Assembly: GCA_951406725.2 (NCBI GenBank)
Contig: OX597817.1
Location: forward strand, 38,688,001 to 38,752,000
Source of the DNA: Octopus vulgaris
Taxonomy: Eukaryota
DNA: 64,000 bases
Reading direction: 5' to 3'
The notes below the pieces were generated by a model. It was not told where the DNA came from, searched no databases, and worked only from the letters and a program-made list of their open reading frames with translations. Shown one piece after another: positions 1 to 14,050 of this stretch; the stretch's first letter is position 1, and each line of letters starts with the position of its first letter. The translations under genes were made by a program, and so were the position numbers.

Positions 1-192
1 TCTTGATTTTTTTTTCATTTGAAGCTGGTCATAATTGCCATTTGGTAATTAAGACACAACCTCTAGAGGCAGGGATAATTTTAATAAATCGAGAATTCAT
101 GTTGTATGGTATTTCATATATCTATATTGTTCCAATACATGCCACTGCCCACTCTGACTTATTTCTTTTAATCTCGTGTTTGTTTTATATTA

Positions 193-498
193 TGGAGGCA
201 GTGACAAGACCTTTGGCAAAATACCATGCATGTGTAGACCCATCAAGCCAAGTGAGACCGTAGTCATGACTAATATTGGTGTCGGGTCAATGGCACTCGT
301 GCCAGTGACACGTAAAAAACACCCACTACACTCTTGGAGTGGTTGGCAATAGGAGGGGCATCCAGCTGTAGAAAACTTGCCAAATCAAATCAGAACCTGG
401 TGTACATCCCCCCCACCACCACCACCAGCTTACCAGTTTTCAGTCAGACTATCCAACCCATGTCAGCATGGAAAGCAGACATTAAATAATGATGATGG
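193..498 (+). mobile_element. SINE/RTE-tail repeat family C (ggttggc..aggaagggcatccagc...aacccatgccagcatggaaagcagacattaaa(tga)n)
   Basis: The same motifs recur at 3828-4060(-), 6170-6293, 8575-8870, 10825-11050(-), 28310-28420, 30849-31030(-) and 61740-61920; all end in a (tga)n tail. Confidence 0.75.
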
Positions 499-501
499 TT
501 G

Positions 502-795
502 TAGTGGTGTTCTGACTAAATTTGACAGTTTGCATAGAAGGAAAATAAAACTCAGTATCCCATCCAAAAAGAAAAGCATTTAAAAAATATCAACTAGATT
601 TATGTCTGGGAGATAAATAGTTTACTCCCCAGTTTCCACCGTGGCCAACAAATCTGGAATCTGGCACATGCATTCCTCACCATGTCCCTGGGAAGATCCT
701 TGAATACCTCCTTGATCTCAGCCACCAGCTTGGCCTTGGTTGTTGCAAGCAGAGCAGTTGCTGTCTTTCCCAACTGCGCCCCACATGTGTATAAA
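502..795 (-). mobile_element. Tc1/mariner transposase 3' remnant with one TIR
   Basis: The minus strand reads MWGAVGKDSN.SACN/TKAKLVAEIKEVFKDLPRDMVRNACARF../LATVETGE across frameshifts, like a Tc1/mariner C-terminus. TIR-like gtgttctgactaaatttgacag at about 507. Confidence 0.7.
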
Positions 796-1648
796 GTGTA
801 ACACTAGCAATGAAAACTAGGTGTCTAATTCTTTGTCACAGAAACAGCTGTAAGCTCAGCAAAATGACTACACAACTCCTATTCTTTTGTCATTCCATTA
901 TTGATTATGTGTATGTATTTATGTCTATGTATATACATATCTTGAGAGAGGCAGACCCAGATTAAGTGGTGTGTACTTTACTACTACTACTACTACTGCT
1001 GCTGCTGCTACTATAGTGGAAGATATCCCTGAAGATGTTACACAGTGAGATCAAACCCACAACAATATGATCACTAGGCAAACTTCTTAACCACATGGTT
1101 TCAGGTTCTGTCATAGTAGTGGTGGTGGTGGTGGTGGTGGTGTTTAAATATTAGGAAAATATAAAATAAAAAGCAAGAGTTGTTGGGCTTGATATGATGT
1201 TGGTTGGTTGGCTGGCTGGTTGGTTGGTTGGCTTGTTGGTTGGTTGGTTGGTTGGTTCGTTTGTTGCCAGGTTGTGGTGGATAAGGAAACCAGAGCTAAA
1301 GTTATGTGGAATAAGGCTGTTAGTAGCAATATGTCCTCTAGAAATATCAACAGGATGTCAGCCCTAAAAACAATATGGCCCACTGCTGCTGCTGCCACAG
1401 CCCAGCTTGCCTGTCTGGCTGTTTACCTATTTTCTCCCTTTTCTCCCCTCTATCTACTGCCATAGGGGTAAGAGAGGGTGGCAGGAAGAGGCTGGCAGGG
1501 TGCAGAGAAAGAATTAGTAGCTAATCAACATGGATGTTATTGGTGGGTTTTGGAAGGGGTGAGAGGGTAGGATATTTGGTTTTTGTTAAAAACTGAAACA
1601 GGAAAACCATCTTGCTTGCTGCCTCCTGCCTTCACTTTTGCTGACTGG

Positions 1649-1712
<64 letters not shown>

Positions 1713-2609
1713 GCTTAAAACAGCAAAAACAAAAAAGTAAAACATGGTACTTCCAAGTCTGGTGATATTGGTAAAAGTTCTTGCTTAGTTACATTTGAGA
1801 TACATGCATGCATACATACATACGTACATACACACACGTGAGTGTGTGTGTGTGTATGTGTACCTTCGCTAAAACATTATTTGGTGTCAAAATTATCATT
1901 TGATGTCCATACTCCATGTTGGGATGGGTTAGGGAGTTTGACAAAATCCAACTGGTCTGAGGATTGCATTGTGCTCTAATGTCTGCTTTGACATGGTTTC
2001 TGCTGCTGGATGCCTTTTTGAATATTTCAATAAAGCAATTCATTAATCAATGAATACAAAAGCTTCACGCATAGTAGAGACCTGGACAATTTCAACTTTG
2101 GACTAGTATTTCCTTTACAACAAGATGTAGATACAAAGATAATTGCAAAAAAGCACTGTGATGCATGCTCACATTCAAACACACACACACACACTGTGTC
2201 TAAACCCCTTTCTATGATCAATAAAATAACCACCAGATCCAAATAAGTGCTGGGCTTGATGTAAGCAACTCAAAACCATTGAAGGTGTTGTTCTGGTTTG
2301 GTCACAAAGTCATTGACTTCAATCAGGAAAAGTATAAAAGAATGCATATATACAATACATGCATACATATATGAATGCTTCTGCATAGCTTTTGTCTACA
2401 AAATTTTGGTGATAAGGCTTCATCAATGAACCCGAATGTCTGTAGTGGAAGACATTCCTGAAGATGTTACACAGTAAGATCAAGCTTACAATATTATCAC
2501 TAAGCATACTTCTTAACCACATGGTTTCAGGTTCTGTCCTACTGTGTATATATATAAATATCAAAGGGTAATCAGAAATATTAGAAATTTCCATTACCAG
2601 TGGCCTAGT

Positions 2610-2693
<84 letters not shown>

Positions 2694-2717
2694 GTATGTA
2701 TATATATATATGTATGT

Positions 2718-2758
<41 letters not shown>

Positions 2759-2831
2759 TATGTATGTATATATGTATGTATATATATATATATGTATGTA
2801 TATGTGTATGTATATATATATATGTATGTAT
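2610..2831. repeat. Compound (TG)n/(TA)n/(TATG)n microsatellite
   Basis: Directly visible; source of the YI/VC ORFs. Confidence 0.95.
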
Positions 2832-3508
2832 ATGTGTTCCTGGATTCTCAGAACTTTCCAGTCGAGAGATATCCACACCATTATCCTTCTCTTCTCCACT
2901 TTTGCCCGACCCCACCTTGAATACTGTTGTCTACTGTGGTCTCCCCACACAATACAAGGTATCATAAAAGTTGAAGCACCTCAAAGGGCAATCACAAAAA
3001 AGATAGATGGCATGACAGGCCTCGACTATTGGGGTCGACTAGAAAAGCTAAAACTCTATTCTCTCCAACGTCGTCGTGAGCGCTACATCATCTGCATGAT
3101 GTGGAAAATATTCCATCAGCATTGCCCAAATGATGTTGGCATCACCTTTAGGGTACATCCAAGGCTTGGGCCCCGTGCCATCCGCCCAAAACAAAAATCG
3201 CACTCTCATCTCATAACAACAATACGGCACAATTATTTCACCTCAATTGGCCCCGCTCTCTTTAACATTACACCAAAACACATTAAAACAGAAACTGACC
3301 CTATAGGGTTCAAGAAGTCTTTGGACAGATTCCTTCAAGAAATCCCGGATAAACCCCCTACACCCAGATATGTCTCTGTAAACAATAACTCTCTACTTGA
3401 GTGGGCCATAGTGCCCAAATTCTGACTTGAAAGACTTCACCAGGTGGTGCTATTAAGTTAGACATGGCCTGGGCCAATAATGGCCGAAACCTATCAAAGT
3501 ATCAAAGT
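2832..3508 (+). mobile_element. 5'-truncated CR1/L2-group LINE (RT C-terminus plus 3' UTR)
   Basis: Uninterrupted frame [60 protein letters not shown] to the stop at 3425. The 3' end has a ggcca-ataa-tggcc stem-loop and an (atcaaagt)2 tail. Confidence 0.9.
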
Positions 3509-3549
<41 letters not shown>

Positions 3550-3772
3550 TATGTATGTATATATATATATGTATGTATATATATGTATATATATATATAT
3601 GTATATATATATATGTATATATATATATGTATATATATATGTATGTATATATATGTATATATATATATATGTATGTGTGTATATATATGTATATATATAT
3701 ATGTATGTATATATATATGTATATATATATATATATATGTATGTGTGTATATATATGTATATATATATATAT

Positions 3773-3816
<44 letters not shown>
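3509..3816. repeat. Compound (TA)n/(TATG)n microsatellite
   Basis: Directly visible. Confidence 0.95.
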
Positions 3817-3819
<3 letters not shown>

Positions 3820-5944
3820 CTCACACATCATCATCGTTTAATGTCTGTTTTCCATGCTAGCATGGGTTGGACAGTTTGACTGGGGTCTGGGAAGCCAGGG
3901 GGCTGCACCAGTCTCCAATCTGATCTGGCAGTGTTTCTACAGCTCGATGCCTTTCCTAACACCAACCACTCCGAGAATGTAGTAGGTGCTTTTTACATGC
4001 CACCGGCACAGGGGCCGGCCAGAGGGGGCTGGCATCAACCATATTTGGATGGAGCCGGTCAAGGCAGCAACCCCTCTCTTTCTCTCTCTCACTCAGTCAC
4101 TCACACACACACACACACACACGTGTACACACAAAGCCTATAGAGATAGCTAGGTAGATGGATTTGTTAGTGTATGTAAATATGTGATAATGTATAAGTA
4201 TATGTTTGTTTGTATGTATAAACAAGTAGCAGACCTGACAGATTGAGAGGTTGAAGTTGAAAACAAGTTGCTGAAACTGAGGAAAGAAGACTCAAACAGC
4301 ACAGTGGAGATGCGAGAGCAAGATACATCATTCTCTTCTCTTCACAATATCACATACACATACACATCTACTTGCATGCACACACTCACATATGTATTTG
4401 TGAGTTACATCCAAAAGTGCAGTTGGCCTAAGGAAAGTACTAACCTGTTAGTATGTGTAAAATGTGTGGGTTGGTGAGTGTACATGACACAGTGTCAGTT
4501 TGAAAATAGCACTGTACCAACACAGGAGGTCTGTATGACAAGAGGTGCAAGTCTCATTGGGAACACTCCTCTAAGAATATAAGGGACAGCTATTTTAAAC
4601 CATCCCTAAGAATCCCCATTTATATTATATACTGTATACACTTTATGTATGTGTAAAATAATATGTAGACACAATTGTTGCATACATATACTCACAAACA
4701 GAAACACTTTTGTGTGCGCCTGTCCATATGCATTTATTTATATACACCATATATACAGACATGCATGCTGTTTACATGTGTGTTTGTGTGCATAATGTGA
4801 AAGGATGTGCAACAATGAACACAAGTATCCATATACATGTGTGTGTGTGTGTGAATGTACACTTTCCTCGACACATATTTACACACAGTTGTTGTTACTT
4901 CAGCAGTATAGAGAGCCTTAATGTAAAGGAGGGCGATAAAGATAGAAGAATGCAAGTATGGAGGTGAGGGTTTGAGGTTTTAAAAGTAGTTAAAAGTGGG
5001 AGTGGGAAGAACTACTTGTTAGTGTGGGTAAAGTAGCTGTTTAACTTGCAATATGAGACATCTAGAAATGTAGCAAGGCTACCCTGTTGCTACACATAAA
5101 ATTAGAAGAAGAAGCATGCATAAGACTACTAAGTCATGTGAAAATTTGTTCTCAATTTGAAGGCATACATGAATGCTGCAGCTGGCCAAAACATCTGACT
5201 GCTGATCAAAAGTTTAGGAGTTTGTATCGGTCCTTAGTGTGTTTTGTCCACAGATAAGATGTTTTGTCATGCTGTGGCCTTTATGCCTATGGCTTTATTG
5301 CCTAACACATTTCTGAACATAACATTTTATCAAATATTTCAAAAATTGAAGACTTGTTTCTTTGCAAGCCTTTCAGAATTACACCATGTCCCATGGTGCA
5401 TGTAGGCTGCTGAATTAGCTCAGTATATTGGACATAGATTTATTTAGGACAAATCCTCTTGTGATTATGCAAACAACCCTTCAATTAAATATCTAACAAC
5501 AGATCTACCAGAAATAGCAAACTCTCCTTCAAATCACACCCTCTTGTCTTGAGTATGTAAAGGGTACATTAGATAATATAATTCTACATATCTCTAAAAA
5601 TCAATATGAAGGTCATGGATGAAATGCCTTTGATTTGTAGGTCTGCTCATTGTTATTAGTACACACACATACACACACACTCGTGCACACACAAGTACAT
5701 ATATGCACACCATATAAACATGGAATGGAATAGCATGGCCTGAGGTGGCTTCAAGTGGCAAAGAGCCCAGGCCATACTATTCCATTCAGCCATTTCTTAT
5801 GATTACTAGATTTACCACTCCATTTCTGGCAAGAAACCATTTGGTAATTTGGCTATCATGCGACTATAATATTTTATAAATAATAATATATATGATTGTC
5901 TGTCCCTTTCTGACTCTTGGAATTTTGACTAAGGTGCTGATGTG

Positions 5945-6293
5945 ACCGTGTGGCTAAGAAGTTTTTTCCCAACCACATGGTTTTGAGTTCAGTCCCACTC
6001 CATGGCACCTTGAAAAAGTGTCTATTACTACAGCCTGGGACCAACCTTGTGAGTGAATGTGATAGACACAAACTTATCATGTGTGTGAGTATGTGTAAGT
6101 TTGAGTGTCATTGTCATATAAGCAGTGTCATTCATTTTCAGCATTTAGCAAAATCATGGGGAAATATTATCTTCCTTAGAAACAGGTGAAGGTTGGTGAC
6201 AGAAAGGGTATCTGGTTGTAGAAAATTTACTTCAGTAAATTCTGTCCAACCATGCAACTATGAGAAAGTGGATGTTAAGGAGATGATGATGAT
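5945..6293 (+). mobile_element. Degenerate tRNA-derived SINE (family A head with family C tail)
   Basis: Head gtgtggctaagaag..ccaaccacatggtt..gagttcagtcccact..ggcaccttg matches the 57333 copy with CpG decay. Confidence 0.7.
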
Positions 6294-7379
6294 CACACAC
6301 ACACACATACTGAGAGACAGCATATAATCTATTAAATTTTACCAATTTCACATCCTAGTGTTTCACAATAGCAGGATTCTATACCCTTCAATTATCCACC
6401 CACCCATCCACACCATTTGTTTCTGTGTTGGTTCTAGACTGGGTGGGTGATTAACATACCACAGTTTAGGTCTATATTGTTGGACACTAAACAATCTAGC
6501 ACCAACTCTGCCAACACCACCATCACCAGCACCTCTACTGTCACTCTCCACTCATCTCCAACCTCCCTGGTATAATTTAATGATTGTTTTCCATAATTAG
6601 GCAGATTTGATGCCTATCCTTATACAGACAGCTTTTAATGATAGTGGCTCATTATTTATTGCGACACCAGACAGTTGTCTCCAGCTACATACACATGTCC
6701 ATTATACATACATACATACATGTATCTATCTATCTATATATATATATGTATATATACACATATATATACACACACACAAACATGTATACATGCATGAATG
6801 TATTTGTGTAATATACATGTGTGTGATTATATATATTTATATCAATATATATGTTTTTTATATTTATGTATACATGCATAAATATGTGTGTGTAGGTAAA
6901 TGCACATTCATTCATTCCTCCATATGCACACATGTATTGATAAATGTTCATAGGCATATATCAACCTATAATGTACATATCTGTTCATTATTTATGAACA
7001 TAGGTGTGTTTGTGTGTGTGTGTGTATTTAGGTGGATGGGTGTGTGTGGAGTGTGAGCAGGGTGGGGCATTTAAAAGGAAGTGTTTTAAGAGGAGACAAA
7101 TAATTGAGTCTTATTTGTACTTTTTTTCATTTTGTTGTTATAATGTTCTGTGTTCACATCCTACCAAGGTTGATTTTACATTTCATCTTTCTGTGGGTGA
7201 TAAAATAAAGTAGCAGTCAAGTACTAGGTGTAATTTATTTGATTGACCCATTCCTTCGAATTTCTAACTTTGTGTCTTAGTTGAGTAATGGGGTTGATTT
7301 AATCAACTAGCCCCCTTCCCACAAAATTTCATGGTTTGGTTCTATAGTAGAAAGAAATATTATTATTATTATTATTATT

Positions 7380-7856
7380 GAGTGAGAGAGCAGTGCATGC
7401 CATGAAATTGACACTGGGGTAAAATATACGAAGCCCTTTATACCCATCATGACAACCCGTCTGATAAGGGTACATCAGGCACATGCATCACAACCATATG
7501 TGCATGTCATAGTGATCTCATGACAATATGAACAGCACATGACCTTGCACGTGGGGGCACAGTTAGAATTTTCTTCAGGTCAAGTAGCCCATCCCGCTCA
7601 AAAGGTCCCTGAATAAGGTTTGTTTAAGGATGATGAACAAAACACCCATGTTTCCAGAGGTGAATTATTCAAAAGCCAAAGAATCCCTTCCAACACATGG
7701 CTATGATGCTCCCCCACTACTTCTGTTTGTGATCAGAGATGCACATATCATCAGCCATTAAGGAACATGCTCAACTTGTTATGGTCAAACAACAGACAAA
7801 CAAATCTGTGGTATTGAGCAGAATATTTGCTGTAGCCCATCTTGTATATCAAGACA
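7380..7856 (-). mobile_element. Unclassified interspersed repeat embedded in (ATT)n, probably a non-LTR 3' region
   Basis: High-complexity block sharply bounded on both sides by (att)n runs; no ORF recognised. Confidence 0.4.
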
Positions 7857-7860
7857 TATC

Positions 7861-8120
7861 ATTATTATTATTGTTATTATATGTTTGACTTTTACTTTGT
7901 ATTTGTACAAGTTAACTCCAAATCTCACCCAGAGACCTCAAGAGACAAGTTAGAAGTTCAAGTTGGTGTTATGACTAGGATGCCATATATCTGGTTTTGT
8001 ACAAAGTATTGTCCTAGAGAATGTCTAAGAAAACATAAAATTATAAGTTTGTTTTAAAATTAGGGATTACATAGACAGTATTTTACATAGGATATGGGCA
8101 GTTCCCATGAGCACTATTCT
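7861..8120 (-). mobile_element. R4/Dong-type (RLE) non-LTR retrotransposon 3' end
   Basis: Minus strand 8120-8067 reads RIVLMGTAHILCKILSM*, the L.GTA.ILRK.L terminus of R4/Dong ORFs, followed by a 3' UTR and a (TAA)n tail. Confidence 0.7.
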
Positions 8121-8149
8121 TCTTCTTATTATTGTTGTTGTTGTTATAA

Positions 8150-9270
8150 GGTGTTGATCTGGCAGAATCATTAGCACATGGAACAAAATGCTAAGTGGTA
8201 TTTTGTCTATCTTTACATTCCAAGTTCAAAGTCCATTGGGATCAACTTTGCCTTTTATCCTTTTGGAGTCAATAAAATAGGTACCAATTGAGTACTGGGG
8301 TCAATGTAATTGACTTACTCTCTCCCCCAAATTTCAGGCCTTGTAGCTATACTAGAAAGGATTTTTTTTTTCATAAGGTGAGCTGGCAGAATCATTAGCA
8401 TGCCAAGGAAAATGCTTAGTGGCATTTTGTCTATCTTTACATTCTGAGTTCAAATTCTGTTGAGGTCGACTTTGCCTTTCATCTGTGTGGTGGGGTCAAT
8501 AAAATTAGTTCCAGTCAAGCACTAGGGTCAATATGGTCAACTAACCCCCTCTCCCAAAATTTCAGGCCTTGTGACTGATCCTGTCAGTGCAGGTGCCACT
8601 TAAAAGTACCCAGTCCACATTGTAAAGTAGTTGGCATTTGGAAGGGCATCCAGCTTTAAAAACCTTGCCAAAACTGACCTCACCTGTGCTTGTGCCACAT
8701 AAAAAGCACTAAGTCCACTCTGCTGAGTGGTTGTTGTTAGGAAGTGCATCCACCTGTAAAAATCCTGCCAAAACAACTACAGAAGTCTGGTGCAGGCTTC
8801 TGCCTGAGCAGCTCTTGTCAAATCATCCCACCCATGCCAACATGGAAGGCAGACATTAAATGATGATAAGGTGGTGCTTCACAGCATTTCTTTCGGCTTT
8901 AAATTCTGAGTTCAAATTCCACCAAAACTGATTGTGTCTTTCATATTTTGGAGGTTGATAAAGTAAGTACCAGTTGAGTACTGGGGTTAATGTAATCAAC
9001 TAGACCCTTCACCAACAAATTTAGGCTTTATGCCTATAGCATATTATTGTTTTATTATAGCAGTGGATTGGTAGAACCATTAGAACAGTGAATTGGTAGA
9101 ACCATTAGAACAGTGGGTTGGTGAAACAAAAATGTCTCCCATTGTTTGTTCTGACTTTTAACATTTTGGTTTTGAATCTCATCTAGTTCAGCTTTGCTTT
9201 TCAAACTTTCAAGATCAATTCAGTATAGTACTAGGTTTAAAATAATCAATTCATTCCTTCCTAAGCAAAT
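8150..9270 (+). mobile_element. Cluster of degenerate family B tRNA-SINE copies
   Basis: Repeated gagctggcagaatcattagca..gagttcaaattc..gactttgcctttcatc..aataaaataagtaccag units with CpG to TpG/CpA decay. Confidence 0.8.
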
Positions 9271-12001
9271 TTCTTACCTTGCAAGATGATGAAGAAGCAA
9301 TATGTCTATTACAAGGGTAATAGACATGGCCCCAAATTGGTAGATCTATGGTTGGTCTGATTTTTAGCCTAAAAGAGCAGAGCTGCAGGAAGAGAGATGG
9401 GTTTTGATAGTTGTGATTCTGCAGAGAGAGAACTAGGTAAAAGTTCATTGTACAGGCTCTTGCGTAGTGGATGAAATAAGTTGCACAGGCTCTTGTGTAG
9501 TGGATGAAAAACAAACTTAAAATGTATCAGGGTTGCAAGAGTGATCTTGGGGAAGTTCAGCTGATACTCAGATTGCTTATTCAGAGGAAGAGACATTGTA
9601 GTAATAGTACAAGAAACAGAGAGAGATGGTATGTCAGTTGTCTAGTGTTAGAAGTGTATTGATGCATGAGGAAAGTGATCTTAAATCTACCAAAGAGAAA
9701 ACAGGATGGAAATCAACACATCAACCTGTTATTGTCGTTGTTGTTGCTATTGTATATTATAACACTGCTCCCCTACACAGTATGCTGTAACTGGATGTTG
9801 GTGTTTTCACAAATCCCTGTTTACCTTTGGTTTTAATGATACCAGGCAGAAATGCAAAAACTATTCTGTACATTGCCCTTACAGTGATCTATTCACTGTA
9901 AATTAGGAATCTAATCTACTACAAGTAGATTTTCCTATAGTTAATTGCCAATGTTTACAATGGTGAATGGTGTTTTTTCTACCATGCAGAGGTTCTTGAC
10001 AGCTAAGTGGACTGGGCCATTTTCAGAGTAGACATATTAAGTAGGACACAAGTTCAGTTGACAGAAAATCAAACTTCCATTCTTGAAATGGCCTTGGAAG
10101 GAAGTAAAAGAAAAAGTATATAATGCTCATCACATATGCATGTGTATAGTAGCTTTTCTTTCATGCATAGTTAGGTTTAATGTTAGAGTTGTGGTTAATT
10201 CAGCTAAAACTCTACTTCATTTTCTGCTTTCATATCCCCTGTTTTTCCTTTTCATTTCCAGTTTTTGTGAATGATTTTGTTGCTGTTAGCAGTGTATATT
10301 TAAGGTCTTCCTAACACCATCATATCAGTGTTTCAAGGCTGCATAGTGCTATAATACAGATGCCTATATATAGCATTTTTTATTTTTTCATTTACTATTT
10401 GGTTCTAAATCATATCTGAATCAGGAGACAAAATCAAAGACTGAGTAGCCATGATCATCCTCCTATTTTCTTTTCAGACAGTGTATCATGGAACATATTA
10501 CCAGTAGAGTGTGAGGTTTAGAAGGTATGGGTGCTATTTCTAGTAGGTCAAGCAATCACATTTAGGCTCCATCATTGGCTTGTTATTTTGTCCAATACTC
10601 TAACTGTTCTCCAACAATGATTAAGCAGGTGGAAATGCATTGCTTAGTGCTTAGAGGATTACACTCATGATCATAAGATTGTGGCTTCAATTTCAGGACA
10701 GGGCAATACATTGTTCTTCAGCAAAACACATAATTTCATGTTGCTCTGGTTCACTTAGCTGCAGTGGACTGGATTAATCATATATACACCACAGTATCCA
10801 GGAAACTGGTCTTATGAACCCATATATCATTATCATCATCATCAGCGGCAGCAGTATTTTGTCTCTGCTTTCCATGCTGGCATGGGTTGAACAAACCATG
10901 ACAATCTGGGTCATTTCTTACTGGGAGCTGCTGCTCCTAAAGACTGGTGCTTGTATATGTCATATGGCTTGGTTTCAATAGTTGAATGCCCTTCCTGTTG
11001 CTAACTGTTTTACAGAGTATACTGCATGCATTTTCATGTGGGACCAGTGCTAGAGAGATTGAATAGTCGTCAGTAAGACGTAGCTAAAGGGACCTTGCAA
11101 CCCAATGCTTTCTCTGCTTATTGCCAACCCCTTACACACTCACATAGACATACAATGTGTGTATGTATATACGCTCCTGTGGTGTGTGTGTAAGAATGGG
11201 TCAACAGATTTAGACCTATAAGTAATTGCTGTTGATAGTGAGTGAATATAGTCTATTTCACCTGCATGTGAAATTGTTTATTATTCTGGGGATGATAATA
11301 ACATGTCATGTTTTAAATTACCTTGGATGTTCCAATGTCTTAAAAAACATGTGGCAATGAAACCCTACAGTGAGTGTCTACTGGGAACTGATATACTGAG
11401 AATGAGTGGCACTTTTGTATTTTTCTTATCCTTTTTCTCCCTTTTTATTTGTTTCATTTGTTTGGATTCTGATATGGCTGTCAGTATGAAAGCCTGTACA
11501 GTGTTTTTTTTTTTTTATTCTTCACCTCAAATGTTCAGACAGACAAATGGGTAAATATATTTCATAAATATATCACCATCATCATCAAGAGAGACAGACA
11601 GAGAAACTGACCTCAATACTAGACTGGCTGAAATTTTGATTATCAATGCTTGTTTGACTGAAAGTCATATTAGAGCACTGTGAGGTTTGAATTCAGATCG
11701 TTGGAATATATACTGCAAAGCATTTGATTCAACACTTTAATGACTCTGCCAACTTACCATTTTATAATTCTATAAATATACTCTGTAGTTCACTACATAT
11801 ACATACATACATGCGTGTGTGATTTTATTTATTGAGATTGCTACAGGAATGACTGAATGGCCTAGAGGTTTTTTTAACTGAAGGTCCCAAAAATTAAGCC
11901 TACATATGTAGCATATATAATGCCCTAAAAATTTACCGTTAAAGCTCACTGATGTAATGCAAATATTAAAAGGAAAATAGACAAATGTAAAAACAGTGTA
12001 T

Positions 12002-12041
<40 letters not shown>

Positions 12042-13674
12042 GCGCCTGTGTACATACAACCACCGAGAGTGAAAGAGACAGGAAAATAATTTAGCTTAAC
12101 TCACCATTTACCTCAAACAGTTCAAAAGCCATCTGATCTTTTTACAAATCTAATGAACAAATACCTCCCCACAAATCATGAATTCCAAAATATCTATAGT
12201 AAAAGTAGCATCTGGTGGCGGCTTCATTTTCTCTAGCTAAAATGAACAGTGAAAAAATCCTAACTCCTGTCTACGAAATGGTATCTTCCTGGAAAGCTTG
12301 GAGGTACCAGTGAATAATGTTCCATAGGTGGTTTTACTGTGAAACTTTGAAAATAAGATTTAACCAGTATATCTGCTCTTTCAAAGACGACCACGAAAAA
12401 ATACGACTCTTCTCTCTTTATATTTCTTTCGTTCTTTCTCACGATATATTTGGGGCCAGAAGAACAGGAATCTATCGAAATTGTTCTCGTACATCAATGC
12501 ATTGAAATACCGTTTTTATCTATAAAAAAAAAAAAGAAGCGCAACATACTTAGATGAGAGCAAGGAAAAACTAAATTCAGCTTAGAATTCATTAAACTCT
12601 AAGCTGAAATTAATCTCTTCTTGTCCTCTAGAAAGTACACTCTGCGAACATTTACTTTCATTTTGTTATCGCGAAAATTTTCTTATACTGTTATTTTTAC
12701 CATCGCTTATACACTGAGCTACCTACAAGCTCGTCTTCGTATTTTTGTTTTCTTTTCATGTAGTTTTAACTATTCTTGAAACTCATTTTCATTCACTAAC
12801 AGCTTTACTACACCACTGCATCAATAATTACATACCATTCCTTTTTACAGAATGCCCTCTTCTTTTAGTTTTTGTTAAGTATTGCTTGTCATTTCATACA
12901 CTGTACCTGTTACAGGTAACTGTCACTTAAGTTGCAGCACCTCACTCTTCTTCCATTCAATACTGTTTACAACCCTCACTTGGCCTATATACATTTCACT
13001 TTACGGATATTTATGTACATCTCCGCCGCTTATGTCTATTTGAACCATGCAAAAGAATCACACCACGAAAATTACATGAATACGTACTTTTATGCTGCAC
13101 ATAAGAACGGCGTCAGAACTTACATATACATATGTAAATCTTCGCAGCTTACATTTCTTAAAATGTTAAAATTAATATGGTTTCAAATGAGGGAGTGTGT
13201 GCGTGCCCTTATGTGAACAGACTCGTGTTTATATATGCCTATACTCGTAAAGGACGAACACACATCATTGCACACACTCTTAATAGATGCTTACGGCATC
13301 TTTCACAAGTAAACCCATTTAAAGTACAACTTCTCAGTACATCATACCTTTTACGGGTAACCACCATTGGATTGCAGCATCTTACAGTGCCCTCTTATCA
13401 CCTCTGTTCATTCCATCACCATACATGTATATACATAGGTAAGTATATATACATGTATGTGTGCGTGTATGTATATGCATACGTGTGTGTGTGAGAGAGA
13501 GAGAGAACAGAAATATCTATCCATATGTATGTTTCGTGTGTAGAAGGACGTGATTCGCAAATTCATTGAACTCTTCATTTATTCTTCCTTGTGTCCTGTC
13601 TCATCTCATTTACGTCTTATTAACTTCTAACCGTCTTTTGATCACATCCTTCTACTTTATAAAAACATTTTGTG

Positions 13675-13800
13675 AAGGCGCTTGGCCCAACGGTTAAGGT
13701 GTTGCGCGTACGATCGCAAAGCCGTGGGTTCAATTCCTGGATTGGGCAGCATGTTGTGACCTTGAGCAAGGATACAACGTCGCGCCAGTCTACTCAGCTG
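13675..13800 (+). mobile_element. tRNA-derived SINE head (family D-like)
   Basis: aaggcgcttggcccaacggttaagg..gggttcaattcctgg (A/B boxes) followed by ccttgagcaag. Confidence 0.6.
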
Positions 13801-13816
13801 AAAACGAAAACTAGAC

Positions 13817-14050
13817 AAGTGCTTCTCAAACTATCTGATGTGGCATACAGGCAGTTCCCCCTCCCCACATATGCCAGGGACCGGTAATATTTCTTAGTAA
13901 TATTAATTTACACCGGAAACAATATATATTATGAATATGATAAAGTTGACAAATACAATATTACATAAGCATTTTATAATGTTTCTTTCTTTTCTGGAAA
14001 TTCGCCGCGTACCGGCACCGGTCCGCGGACCACCACTTTGAATTGCACTG
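13817..14050. mobile_element. Degenerate hAT (Charlie-like) MITE
   Basis: Ends aagtgcttctcaaact ... actttgaattgcactg; left flank aactagac; the right TSD is not retained. Confidence 0.5.

Noticed and set aside
2319-3879. Many long ORFs rich in YI/HT/VC/LS (also 32.9-33.6, 39.3-39.9, 50-51, 60-62.6 kb)
   Set aside because: Translations of (TA)n, (CA)n, (TG)n and (TC)n microsatellites, not proteins.
9060-9510. Short tandem duplications (25 bp at 9061, 33 bp at 9452)
   Set aside because: Simple two-copy slippage events with no further structure.
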